Shown: positions 9,811-18,849 of the stretch, one piece after another
How the letters are laid out: every line of letters starts with the position of its first letter
Numbering within the stretch: the stretch's first letter is position 1
Source: an uncultured Bacteroidales bacterium
GTDB taxonomy: Bacteria > Bacteroidota > Bacteroidia > Bacteroidales > FEN-979
DNA length: 64,000 nt
Direction of reading: 5' to 3'
NCBI GenBank assembly: GCA_903926565.1
Contig: CAIYJU010000052.1
Span: 18,581-82,580, forward strand
Made by a program: the position numbers and the translations under genes
Notes under the pieces: generated by a model
What the model was told of the DNA's origin: nothing
The model's input: the letters and a program-made list of their open reading frames with translations, nothing else
Databases searched by the model: none

Positions 9811-10887
9811 TTAAAAAGCCCTCACCGCACGCACATAGGGGTCGGCGTAGTTCTTATTGGGGGTGTACTCGTTGCCATAGTAAAGGTACAGGAGCCACGC
9901 GGTGTTCTGATCGATCTCTGTGGAACTCCAATAGTACCAGTTAGCAAAACTTCCAAATCCAGCCACTTTCATCGCATAAAGTTTGAGTAACTCATACTTT
10001 GAAGGCAAATACCAATCAGTGTAACCGCCACCTGCATAATCTCTGCATATCTTAGCGGCATAAGTTCCTGTATTACCCTGGCTGGCGATAATTGCCGTGG
10101 TATTTGCACTGCCTGTACCCAAGGCGGTGCCTGTTGCTCCTGTTATTGTATATGTTCCATTATACCAGGTTTTGCCTGTACCCTGATCGCCAATGGCTGC
10201 TATTAAACCATGCGTTTCTCCTGCTATGTAACCCGGGTCGCCGGATTGCAAAACATAAGCTAGTATTCCTCCCCCGTAACTTTGGCCGATAGCCAATGCC
10301 ACGGGCGTTACTGAATTGGAAGCAGCGCTTGCCGCACCTGTACCCGTTGCATTGGTAGCTGCAACGGTAAAAGTGTAAGCTGTACCATTGGTCAGCCCGG
10401 TTACGGTAATGGTTCCGCTTCCTGCCTGTGTCAATGTACCGGTAAAACTGCCAGGCGTTGACGTAGCTGTGTAGGATGTTATTGTTGAACCGCCATTGGA
10501 AGCAGGCGCTGTAAAAGGGACTGATGCCTGTGCAGGTCCTGCAGTTGCTGTACCTGTTGTTGGCGCACCGGGCACGCCTGAGGCAGTGCCTGCGGTGAGG
10601 CTTGTCCAGATAGTCCCGTTATAAATCTGCAATTCGCCGGCTGCCCCGCAATTGCTGCACCATACGATCAGACCCGCAGGAGGACTGGAAATGAGAATCT
10701 TTTGCGCGTAAGTCATTCGCGGAGGTAACAAGCCCTTGGTGGTTGAACTTACATCGAGCATGGCTTTGCTGTTGGGGCTTGAGCCATTGTCGTTGATGCC
10801 CACGCTTCCGGTTTGGGCAAACATGCTGCCGGTTAAAAACAGCATCATGATTGTTACATAAATTGCTTTTGTCATTGTTGTTTTCAT
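9811..10887 (-). CDS. secreted fibronectin-III-like protein with a C-terminal DUF1566 (Lcl C-terminal) domain
   Basis: Signal peptide. Thr/Gly-rich Fn3-like segment (PGAPTTGTATAGPAQASVPFTAPASNGGSTITSYTATSTP). C-terminal GYTDWYLPSKYELLKLY...WYYWSST signature of DUF1566. Confidence 0.6.
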   Translation of the reverse strand: MKTTMTKAIYVTIMMLFLTGSMFAQTGSVGINDNGSSPNSKAMLDVSSTTKGLLPPRMTYAQKILISSPPAGLIVWCSNCGAAGELQIYNGTIWTSLTAGTASGVPGAPTTGTATAGPAQASVPFTAPASNGGSTITSYTATSTPGSFTGTLTQAGSGTITVTGLTNGTAYTFTVAATNATGTGAASAASNSVTPVALAIGQSYGGGILAYVLQSGDPGYIAGETHGLIAAIGDQGTGKTWYNGTYTITGATGTALGTGSANTTAIIASQGNTGTYAAKICRDYAGGGYTDWYLPSKYELLKLYAMKVAGFGSFANWYYWSSTEIDQNTAWLLYLYYGNEYTPNKNYADPYVRAVRAF

Positions 10888-10957
10888 AATTCTATAGCTT
10901 TCTGTGATTATTTTTTATCTATAACGGACTCAATTCGCTTTGTTGACCCCGGCAGAC

Positions 10958-11200
10958 TCAGTGAGCCGGAAACCGCAAGGTTTTCCTTTTCAATAATTTC
11001 CACGCGCCAAAGCCGGCCACCATGGCCAGTGAAACAACCAGCCCACCATCGATGGGAGCGCCGCCACCCGGGGCTTTGTTGCTATTGGTCCCTTTTTCTG
11101 CCGGAGGAGGCGGTGGTGCCTGGGTCATGCCTGTATGGGCAACCAGGATGAAACAGAGCATCAGCAGGGAAAAGATGAGGGGGTTACGTATTTTTTTCAT
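10958..11200 (-). CDS. 80-aa secreted mini-protein made up only of a signal peptide, poly-Pro linker, Gly-rich segment and a sorting-signal-like C-terminus (GGGAPIDGGL, TM helix, KRK)
   Basis: MKKIRNPLIFSLLMLCFILVAHTGMTQA | PPPPPAEKGTNSNKAPGGGAPIDGGLVVSLAMVAGFGAWKLLKRK. Lies 18 bp downstream of a T9SS cargo gene on the same strand. Confidence 0.55.
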   Translation of the reverse strand: MKKIRNPLIFSLLMLCFILVAHTGMTQAPPPPPAEKGTNSNKAPGGGAPIDGGLVVSLAMVAGFGAWKLLKRKTLRFPAH

Positions 11201-11218
11201 GATTTATCGTTTTGATAG

Positions 11219-11728
11219 TTATTTAATAAAAACTTTCCCTGAGAAAACCTGGTCGCCGGTTACCACCTTTACCAGGTAATACCCGGTGGCCCCGTTGAGG
11301 TTGATCCTTGCCAGCGAATTCTCGCTGAGTTGCTGTTGCATCACCTGCTGGCCAATCATGTTGTACACGATCACCCTGCCATTGAGCATAACGCCTGATG
11401 TACCGAAGATGTATATCGTATTACCAGAGGCATAAATTGTGACCGGTGATTCCATCTCTTTGTCATTCACGCTGAAAGTACCGCCAAAATGGAGCAGGAA
11501 ACGGGCTGCATCATCAGTTTTGGCGGAGGAAAAGGTGTAAGCCGGGTTGGTTACCCCGGGGCTGGTAAGGGTGAAGGCGCCATTATCAACCACCCAGTAA
11601 CTGCCTGTTTCTCTTATAATCCTGGCGCCGGATTCAGCTTTTATTAACCCCTGGGCGAATGAGTAAAATGGAATTAACACCGGTAATATTAATACCAGCA
11701 GTCTGATCATTCGTCTGTTCTTTTTCAT
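11219..11728 (-). CDS. small (169 aa) T9SS C-terminal-domain protein
   Basis: Signal peptide MKKNRRMIRLLVLILPVLIPFYSFAQG; C-terminus ...GYYLVKVVTGDQVFSGKVFIK. Confidence 0.65.
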   Translation of the reverse strand: MKKNRRMIRLLVLILPVLIPFYSFAQGLIKAESGARIIRETGSYWVVDNGAFTLTSPGVTNPAYTFSSAKTDDAARFLLHFGGTFSVNDKEMESPVTIYASGNTIYIFGTSGVMLNGRVIVYNMIGQQVMQQQLSENSLARINLNGATGYYLVKVVTGDQVFSGKVFIK

Positions 11729-11875
11729 TTGAATAATTTGAGGTTCTAAATTGTAACAGTTGAATTTTGAAAATGCATGAAAAGACGATAAAACTATGAT
11801 TAATAATTAGTTTCGATGATTCAAAGTGTATAATAAACCGTCCAAAACGTACATTTTTGAAGTCATTGCCTGGTT

Positions 11876-11965
11876 TTACCCCCTGATGATACGAATCGGA
11901 ACATGATTGGCGCCAGATTCAGCTTTTATCACCCCTTGAGGGAAAGCAGAAAATTGACAATTTAC
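11876..11965 (-). pseudogene. truncated paralogous copy of the 5-prime end of the 11219..11728 gene
   Basis: About 40 nt of DNA identity (ggcgccRgattcagcttttat...cccct) encoding AFPQGVIKAESGA..RIIRG* against FAQGLIKAESGARIIRETG... in the intact gene. The reading frame stops immediately afterwards. Confidence 0.4.
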
Positions 11966-12517
11966 TCTTGTACCAATAAAAAAATCAATGGCAAAGATTA
12001 CCCTGTCGAATAAACCCGCCGCCGTAAATAAAATGAAATTTAAAAGCAAATTCGCTGGAATAGTTGTAACAGAATTTTTAGTTCCTTTAGAAAACACCAA
12101 GGAAAGTCCTTCAGGCGTCTCTGCTTCCAATATATGTGCCAATAAATAAGAAAACTGCGGGATCACAGTGGATGATACAGTTAATTATTTGAAAATGAAA
12201 GCGAAAAAAATCAGTTAGTTTTCAGGTGGAAAGTATTCAGGCTGCAGCCTTCTCATCACAACAACATGTTTATTGAAATTTTCGCGTTAATGTGCGAAAA
12301 GGCGTGGGCTGTAAATATTGATGCCAGTCATTGACATGTTTCTGCAGAAGTTCTTTATTTTGGTCTTCAGAGGGTTCTTCTTGTTACCCCCATTAGGTGA
12401 GCGGGGGTGGTCAACTGAATCGGTTTGTCGCTTTGGCAGCCTGACTTTATTTCAGGTGAGTTTCAATCATTAAAATTGGTGGATTTTTCCTCAAACCCTG
12501 GCCAAAACCTGGCGGAA

Positions 12518-12605
12518 AACAAAAAACCACCTGCAGTTTAACGTGTAAGTGGTTGATTTTGAATTGGGGCCATCAGAACTTGAACTTGGGACCAATTGAC
12601 AATGA
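12518..12605 (-). repeat. degenerate duplicate of the tRNA-Met 3-prime half (T-arm and acceptor) plus its terminator hairpin; direct repeat of 20069..20156
   Basis: About 80-85 % identity over ~88 nt to the 3-prime half and terminator of the tRNA at 20116..20189. D-arm and anticodon arm are absent, so it is not a functional tRNA. Confidence 0.55.
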
Positions 12606-12676
12606 ACTTATTTATATGATTTTCAGCTCATTATAAAATTTCGTCATCTGATTGTTTTTCTTATCATTGATAATAA

Positions 12677-12919
12677 TTAAGGGTGTGTTGTAATGGCAGC
12701 AACGTTGGAATACTTCGCCTTATAAAGCATCCTTCCGCCATACGCTGCAACTATGGCCAGGAAGAGGGTCAAACTCCCATCGATGGGAGCGCCACCTCCG
12801 CCAACGGGGCCGAGGGTACCGCCATTTGAAGGATCAACAGGTGGAGCTGGCGGTGCCTGGGCTAAAAGTGAAATTCCGCTGATCATCAAAATTGCTGTAA
12901 TTGCTAAAATCTTTTTCAT
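12677..12919 (-). CDS. 80-aa secreted mini-protein, paralogue of 10958..11200 (signal peptide, PPAPP linker, Gly-rich, GGGAPIDGSL, TM helix, basic tail)
   Basis: MKKILAITAILMISGISLLAQA | PPAPPVDPSNGGTLGPVGGGGAPIDGSLTLFLAIVAAYGGRMLYKAKY... The start codon at 12919 was chosen because it gives a canonical signal peptide. Lies 65 bp downstream of the beta-helix T9SS gene. Confidence 0.55.
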   Translation of the reverse strand: MKKILAITAILMISGISLLAQAPPAPPVDPSNGGTLGPVGGGGAPIDGSLTLFLAIVAAYGGRMLYKAKYSNVAAITTHP

Positions 12920-13026
12920 TGTTATAGTTTTTAACTTTATATAAACACTTTTCATTACCACAGAGTAACGCAGAGATTTTCGCAGAGAACCGCAGAGATT
13001 TTTTGGTGGTTCTCTGCGGTAAACTT

Positions 13027-16000
13027 CTAATTTATTATAATTCCTTTTACCGTCATCACTTCATTTCCTGTCGTGAGTTTAGCTACAACAAAACCTTTGC
13101 AGTTAATTTGCAGTGTCGAAAGTTTGCTCAGAACGATGGTCTTGCTCAGCAGCTTTTGGCAGGAGGCGTTGTAAACTTCCAACAATCCGGTTTGTCCTGC
13201 AAGGCTGGGTGCATTGATGTAAACCGTATTTCCCGAAATCCATAAATTTCCCGAAAAGCTTGCCGGTTCTTCAATTCCGATTGTCCCACCAAAAACCAGT
13301 TTAAAACGGCTGGCATCATTTCCAGGATTGTGAATGAAGGTATAAACCGGCTGGTTGCGCAGGTTGATGGTTTGGTTGGTGAGTTCGTCTTTGAGGCAGA
13401 TGTTCAATGTCGGGTCGAAGCTTTCCATATTTGCGAAAGATAGATTCACCACACCTGCAAACTGGGTTTCAAAATTCATTGGAACCATTGTGTCATCCGA
13501 CAAATTGCCCAGGGCGTTAATGGTAACTTTGTTTTCGCCGGCCATCGTGTAAATTTGAGGAGCATCGTCAGCGCCATAAAACTTTACAGCGTCTTCGTAA
13601 GGACTGTAATCGTTCGTGTTGGTTTCGCCAAATCCCACAAGCAGTTCATCGGCCATGCCATTGGCGACAGCGTTTACGCGTAACTGCTGAGCTACCAATT
13701 CAGTATTTTTAAGGAACGTGGCACCCGAATGTGTACGTACACCGTTATCCATTATCAAGCTTGGGCTGGTGTTGGTGGTTTGAACAAAAAATGCCTGCCC
13801 AACTGCAATATACCGCGATGCATTAAAAGTTCCACCACTTCCATTCCAAACCCCATAATTACCGTTGTTATAAATCCAAATGGAAGTTCCGATATTGGTT
13901 TTTGTCCAGCCCGATGCAGCGTTCCAGTCAATGTTGGAAGGATAAGGGTTTGGGACGAGGGCAAAGTTGAGGCCATCGGCATGTCCGTGGTAAGTAACCG
14001 AAGGGGTAAACGTGCCGGTATTCGGAGCTCCTGTAAAACTGTAAGTTGTGCTGATGCCTGGGTAGTAAATCATATAACCTACCGTTTCATCGAGTTCAGT
14101 GGCAGAGCTGTTCCCCATGCCCGACCAGATGTTGGAGGTTGGCAAATACTCGTAAAGGTACGAACCCGAAAATAAGCCGGATAACGAATTGTTGCTTGTT
14201 GCCAACGGCACCGAAGCCAGGTGGTATTTGTATGCGTCCAGGTTGCTGCTTCCTTCAACCGTGCGTTGTATGCTTATATTTCCGCTAACACTGCCGTTTG
14301 TCATAAGCGAGCCACCGGATTGTACGGTAAGGCTGGCATCAGCGTTAACGGTAAGGTCAAAGCAATCGGCCGAACCGCCACTCAACACAACAGGCTGGTT
14401 GGCAGCAGTTCCGGGGATGGTTACATTTGCCGATGCATCGGGCACAGTGTTGCTGCTCCAGTTGGTTACCGTATTCCAGTCGTTGCCTGATGTACCTGTC
14501 CAGGTAAAGGTAACAGATGGAATGTATTCAAAAGAGCCAATATCTTTTACTCCGGAGTTGGAATAACCTCTTTGGTCGGTTGCCGGTATTTCAGTACCCG
14601 ACATACCGGCATTGATTGCCGGGCTGCCTGGCAGCAATGCAAAAGTTTTAGTATAACCACCATTATCGGCAAGTGAACCAAGTAAAGGGTCGGTTGCAAT
14701 CTGGCAATTAGTATAACTCCCTATTGCTGCACCTATATCATTGGTATTTTCAAGATTACAATTAGTAAAGTTATAACTGGTAGTGTTATTTGCAAAAAAC
14801 TGCGGTCCACCATCTGTTGCAGTATTTCCATACATTATATCGTTTTTAAAATTAACAGGGTTTGTTGTAGGCTGTCCATTGGTTGAATATGCACCGCCCC
14901 TTCCGGCTGCATTTCCCAAAAAAGTAGAGTTGATAATACCATAATTATTATTAGTTGTAGAAGGAAATACAAGAATAGCACCACCACAATTTCCTGCACT
15001 ATTGTTGCTGAAGGTTGTGTTTGTAATCAACAAATTTTTATCTCCATTAGAATTAACAAAAATGATCGCACCTCCACCCGACTTGTTAGCAATTTGCATT
15101 AAACTTGAAACATGATGATTATCAGAAAAGGTGGAATTCTCAACATCAAGATTACTATGTTGGGTATATAATCCTCCCCCACCTGTATAATCATAATCTC
15201 CAGCAGGAGTTGTTGCATAATTTGATTCAATAGCACAATTTTTGATATGAAGTGTGGTGTTTGCTACAAAAATACCACCTCCGTAATATGTAGATTTCCC
15301 ATTCCGGATAGTTACTTTTTCAAAACTATAAAAGGTATCATCCAAATAGCTCGAATTGCTAAAATTAAATACCCTGCCGGAAGCAGTATTAGGGATAGCA
15401 GCTGCCTGTATGATTGTCAGAGCCGGTCCTTGACCAATTATTGTTAATGATTTGTCTGACACATAAATTTCCGATTCAGTAAAAGTTCCTGCCGATAATA
15501 ACAGAATATCTCTTGATCCGGCAGCACTTGCGGCACTCGTAATAGTAGTGTACATTTGTCCTGCACCAACAGTCAGCACACCAATGAAATCAACTGAAAA
15601 GCTGCTGCTTGAGTTAGCCGTTCCGGCTGCATCTCCATTTGAGAAAGCACTATTATTGAACTGCAAATTAATATTATCGATTTCATCTGTAGTGGAATGC
15701 GATGCGGCATTACCTATCAAAGTGAGGGTTAAGGCAAGACTGTTATTCCTGATCAATGAAGCAGTAAGCCCGGTTGGAACATTGCTTATACTTACTTTCC
15801 CGGTATTTACAAAATTCTCACCATCTGTTCCGCTAAAACTGGTTCCATCAAAATTGTTGTGAACTATAGCGACTGAAGTGCCAATTGAACCATCATTTGA
15901 TAAATTTTCAAGAAATTTGAAGGAACTATAGGCCACTTCAGGCTGTGGCAGATAAACACTTAATGTTAATCCATTCCAGCCAGTTAATGGTGGGCTTCCG

Positions 16001-16257
16001 GCATCCATGCTCATATAATAATCCATAATATTACCCCCAAAATAATCTCCTATCACCCAAAAACTAGAGTTGTAACCAATTGCCCATTGTGTACTCCCAT
16101 CATTATACAAAAACAGGGGTTGCCCATTCATAGTGCCGGTTTCTATGTAAAGACCGTTAAGTGGAGTAAACCATGACCCACTCACCACATAATCTGTAGC
16201 CGAAACTGAAAAGGCCAAGGAAATAACCAGGCAAAAAGTGACGAAAATCTTTTTCAT
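13027..16257 (-). CDS. large secreted right-handed parallel beta-helix (pectin-lyase-fold) adhesin-like protein with a T9SS-type C-terminal domain
   Basis: Signal peptide MKKIFVTFCLVISLAFSVSA. Many N/G/T-rich beta-helix rungs (NSxFxxN, GGGI, AIIFVNSNG...). C-terminal beta-sandwich tail ...LLEVYNASCQKLLSKTIVLS...VKGIIIN. Confidence 0.7.
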   Translation of the reverse strand: MKKIFVTFCLVISLAFSVSATDYVVSGSWFTPLNGLYIETGTMNGQPLFLYNDGSTQWAIGYNSSFWVIGDYFGGNIMDYYMSMDAGSPPLTGWNGLTLSVYLPQPEVAYSSFKFLENLSNDGSIGTSVAIVHNNFDGTSFSGTDGENFVNTGKVSISNVPTGLTASLIRNNSLALTLTLIGNAASHSTTDEIDNINLQFNNSAFSNGDAAGTANSSSSFSVDFIGVLTVGAGQMYTTITSAASAAGSRDILLLSAGTFTESEIYVSDKSLTIIGQGPALTIIQAAAIPNTASGRVFNFSNSSYLDDTFYSFEKVTIRNGKSTYYGGGIFVANTTLHIKNCAIESNYATTPAGDYDYTGGGGLYTQHSNLDVENSTFSDNHHVSSLMQIANKSGGGAIIFVNSNGDKNLLITNTTFSNNSAGNCGGAILVFPSTTNNNYGIINSTFLGNAAGRGGAYSTNGQPTTNPVNFKNDIMYGNTATDGGPQFFANNTTSYNFTNCNLENTNDIGAAIGSYTNCQIATDPLLGSLADNGGYTKTFALLPGSPAINAGMSGTEIPATDQRGYSNSGVKDIGSFEYIPSVTFTWTGTSGNDWNTVTNWSSNTVPDASANVTIPGTAANQPVVLSGGSADCFDLTVNADASLTVQSGGSLMTNGSVSGNISIQRTVEGSSNLDAYKYHLASVPLATSNNSLSGLFSGSYLYEYLPTSNIWSGMGNSSATELDETVGYMIYYPGISTTYSFTGAPNTGTFTPSVTYHGHADGLNFALVPNPYPSNIDWNAASGWTKTNIGTSIWIYNNGNYGVWNGSGGTFNASRYIAVGQAFFVQTTNTSPSLIMDNGVRTHSGATFLKNTELVAQQLRVNAVANGMADELLVGFGETNTNDYSPYEDAVKFYGADDAPQIYTMAGENKVTINALGNLSDDTMVPMNFETQFAGVVNLSFANMESFDPTLNICLKDELTNQTINLRNQPVYTFIHNPGNDASRFKLVFGGTIGIEEPASFSGNLWISGNTVYINAPSLAGQTGLLEVYNASCQKLLSKTIVLSKLSTLQINCKGFVVAKLTTGNEVMTVKGIIIN

Positions 16258-16799
16258 ACCATATTTTTTATAAATTGTTTGTTTGCAAATCATGAGCAGA
16301 AACTATTTTATTCTGACAGTGGCCATTGACTTTTTTGGCGGGATCATTTACGGCCCCGGTTTTTACTGCCATAAAATGATAGTGGAAATGCCATCCGTTA
16401 ATTAACATCAGGCTGTATTTCGCTCCAGGTCTGGCTCAAAGCTGCAGTACCGAAACGGAGCATGGCCAACACTAAAAGCAGGGCCGGCAGAATATTTTTA
16501 AAGTTGAATTTGTTCATGGTTTATTTTTTGATGATACCCGGCAAAGTAAAAGCCAATTAAGCCTTCACGCAAATACTTGTTGTTCCAAAAGTGGCAAAAC
16601 GGCTTGCCGTTTTTGAGAGTTTGCACTATTGGCGGGGGATACAGAGGGTGCTGCGTTTTTGGATTCCCCCAAATAGGGAATAAGCAGAAGTGTGCCAAAG
16701 ATTAAAACCCGAAGAAAGCTGAATAAGAAATGGACCATTCAGGGTATGAATGAAGCAGGGAGAAATCGGATAAATAATGTTTTGGGTGGCCAAGGATCG

Positions 16800-18695
16800 T
16801 CAGGCAGCGTGCCCGGCAGGCGGTTTTGTGATGTTCTTCCTGTAATAATTAGGCAGCACCCCGGTAACTTGCTGAAAGGCCCTGTAAAAGCTTTGTGCAC
16901 TGCCAAAGCCTGCATCGGCAGCAATGGCCGTTATTTTATAATTACGGCCTTCGGCACTCTCGGCCAGCGTAATGGCATGCTCCACCCGGTACATATTGGT
17001 AAAAGAAACAAAGTTCGAATCGCTGTACTGACTCAATGAGGAAGCGATTGCCTTGCGGGTGGTGTTAAGGGTTTCGGCAATATCCTCTACCCGAAGCCGG
17101 GGATTCAGGTAAGGCTTTTCAGTTTCGTAATAATGATGCAATTGTTTCAGTAGCACCTGGCTTTCCACGGTTAGTGTGTTTGCATCGAACGGTGCATTAC
17201 CGGCACTCAGAATGGCTTCAGCCTGTTTATCGCGCTGGGCACGCTCCTCCCGGTAAAGTTTTATAAGTTTGTCGAAGGCTTCGCCCCGCTCCTTTGATAG
17301 ACGCGTATTCCTTTTTAGAAGCAGGCCCAGCAGCACTATTGCCAATACGATAACAGCAATGATGATTTCGCTTAACAGCAGTTTGTTTTCTTTGTTCTTC
17401 AGAAGAGAGCTCAGGTTAACATTTTCAAGTTCTTTTTTCTCAGCCTTCTGGTATTTGGCTATATAAGCGATGGTGGCTTGTTTATCCTTGTGCGTAACCG
17501 AATCCCTCTGAGCCATCACCTTATTCGACAGACGGGTGTATTCCGTCATTTTCCCCTGCACTTTGTACGACCGAAGCAATGTTTCGCTGAAATCCGGTAC
17601 CAGCGACAGTAGCCCGAGGGAATCAGCCATCCTTATCGACTGCTTAAGGTAAAAGTCAGCCCTGGGGAAATCCTGTGTAAGAATATATATTTCGCCGAAA
17701 GCATGGTAAACCCTGGCCATTCCTCCAAGCAACCGGTTTTGCCTGCAAAGCGATAATACAGTGTCGAATTCATGCAAGGCCATCGAATAGTCCTTCTTAT
17801 CAAAGTACAGATTGGCAATATTAAACCGGGTTATAATACTATTCATCGTCGAAGACTCCCTATTCAAAGCTAATGATTTCCTGTAAAAAAACATGGAACT
17901 GTCGGGCCTGACTGTACGCAGCGCAATGCCCAGGTTATTATAAGCAACAATCAGGCTGGCAGTATCCTGGACCTGTGCTATTTTTTCACATCCTATTCTG
18001 CTGTAACGGATGGCTTCCTCCATATTGCCCATCAGTCTGTAGTTGAATCCAATATTTATGCTTTCGTCACCCAGGGTTTTTATATCTCCAAGTTGCTCGG
18101 AAATTTCATACGCCTTCATCAGGTATTCGTGCGCTTTGATGTAATTGCCCATGTCGCTCAACAGGTTGCCATAAAGGTCGCAGGCATTCCCGAAACTGCG
18201 TTTATCCGCCAGCAGTTCAAAAAGGTGCAATGCCTCGAGAGTATATTTTTCGGCAAGCGTTGATTGTTCCTGGTTACGCAGAAAACGACCCATCCTCAGG
18301 CTCGACTTTGCGATATAAGCGTTATCCGATGCCTTAACGGAAATATAATGAGCTCTCAGCAATACGCTCATAGCCGAATCACTGAGCCCAAGGCTGACAA
18401 ATGCATCTGATTTAAGGAACAGCACCGGTATCAGTGATGTGTCATTCAACTTTGTGATGTGCGCATATACTAAAGCTGAATCAGCGAAAAGAATGGTGCT
18501 GTCGGGATTCCTGTTAACATAAAAGCCGGCTTTGGTAAATGCCTGATAAAAAGCTTTCTGTTCCTTGTTTTTTGTTTGATGAGATTGGTCTAACCTTTCG
18601 CAGGAATGCATGAGAACAGCAAAAATAATCAAACAACAACCCACAAAAATCAAAGCAGCGTTTTTCTGGTATTCCATCACATCAAAAGTTTTCAT
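16800..18695 (-). CDS. membrane-anchored TPR-repeat sensor fused to an AraC-type HTH transcriptional regulator
   Basis: N-terminal TM segment, multiple TPR-like repeats, an internal TM segment (LLLSEIIIAVIVLAIVLLGLLL), and a C-terminal AraC HTH (...KITAIAADAGFGSAQSFYRAFQQVTGVLPNYYRK). Confidence 0.75.
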   Translation of the reverse strand: MKTFDVMEYQKNAALIFVGCCLIIFAVLMHSCERLDQSHQTKNKEQKAFYQAFTKAGFYVNRNPDSTILFADSALVYAHITKLNDTSLIPVLFLKSDAFVSLGLSDSAMSVLLRAHYISVKASDNAYIAKSSLRMGRFLRNQEQSTLAEKYTLEALHLFELLADKRSFGNACDLYGNLLSDMGNYIKAHEYLMKAYEISEQLGDIKTLGDESINIGFNYRLMGNMEEAIRYSRIGCEKIAQVQDTASLIVAYNNLGIALRTVRPDSSMFFYRKSLALNRESSTMNSIITRFNIANLYFDKKDYSMALHEFDTVLSLCRQNRLLGGMARVYHAFGEIYILTQDFPRADFYLKQSIRMADSLGLLSLVPDFSETLLRSYKVQGKMTEYTRLSNKVMAQRDSVTHKDKQATIAYIAKYQKAEKKELENVNLSSLLKNKENKLLLSEIIIAVIVLAIVLLGLLLKRNTRLSKERGEAFDKLIKLYREERAQRDKQAEAILSAGNAPFDANTLTVESQVLLKQLHHYYETEKPYLNPRLRVEDIAETLNTTRKAIASSLSQYSDSNFVSFTNMYRVEHAITLAESAEGRNYKITAIAADAGFGSAQSFYRAFQQVTGVLPNYYRKNITKPPAGHAA

Positions 18696-18849
18696 AGCAA
18701 GCAAAGTTAGACTAAAGCTGATACCATCAATAAAATTGATTTAGATTGTTGATCATTTGGCGTGCAATCGAGATTTACACAACGAACTTGTTTGTAGTGG
18801 TCAGAGAAAAAGATAAAGCCCGCCTGTTTAAGGCGTTCGTTGGTAATGC

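Noticed and set aside
12518-12605. Possible second tRNA gene.
   Set aside because: Only the T-arm and acceptor 3-prime strand are present; D-arm and anticodon arm are missing. It is interpreted as an att-type partial duplicate.
12930-13020. Direct and inverted cgcagaga repeats (acgcagagattttcgcagagaaccgcagagattttttggtggttctctgcgg) between the mini-protein 2 start and the beta-helix gene stop.
   Set aside because: Too short and too few units for a CRISPR array or a recognisable mobile-element end. Most simply a terminator or attenuator hairpin for the upstream gene.
16498-17039. ORFs 16498..16698 (-) and 16692..17039 (+) in the gap between the beta-helix gene and the TPR-AraC gene.
   Set aside because: No signal of homology. 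They overlap the 3-prime end of the TPR-AraC gene on the other strand. The region instead contains a bidirectional terminator hairpin (caaaacggc-tt-gccgttttg).
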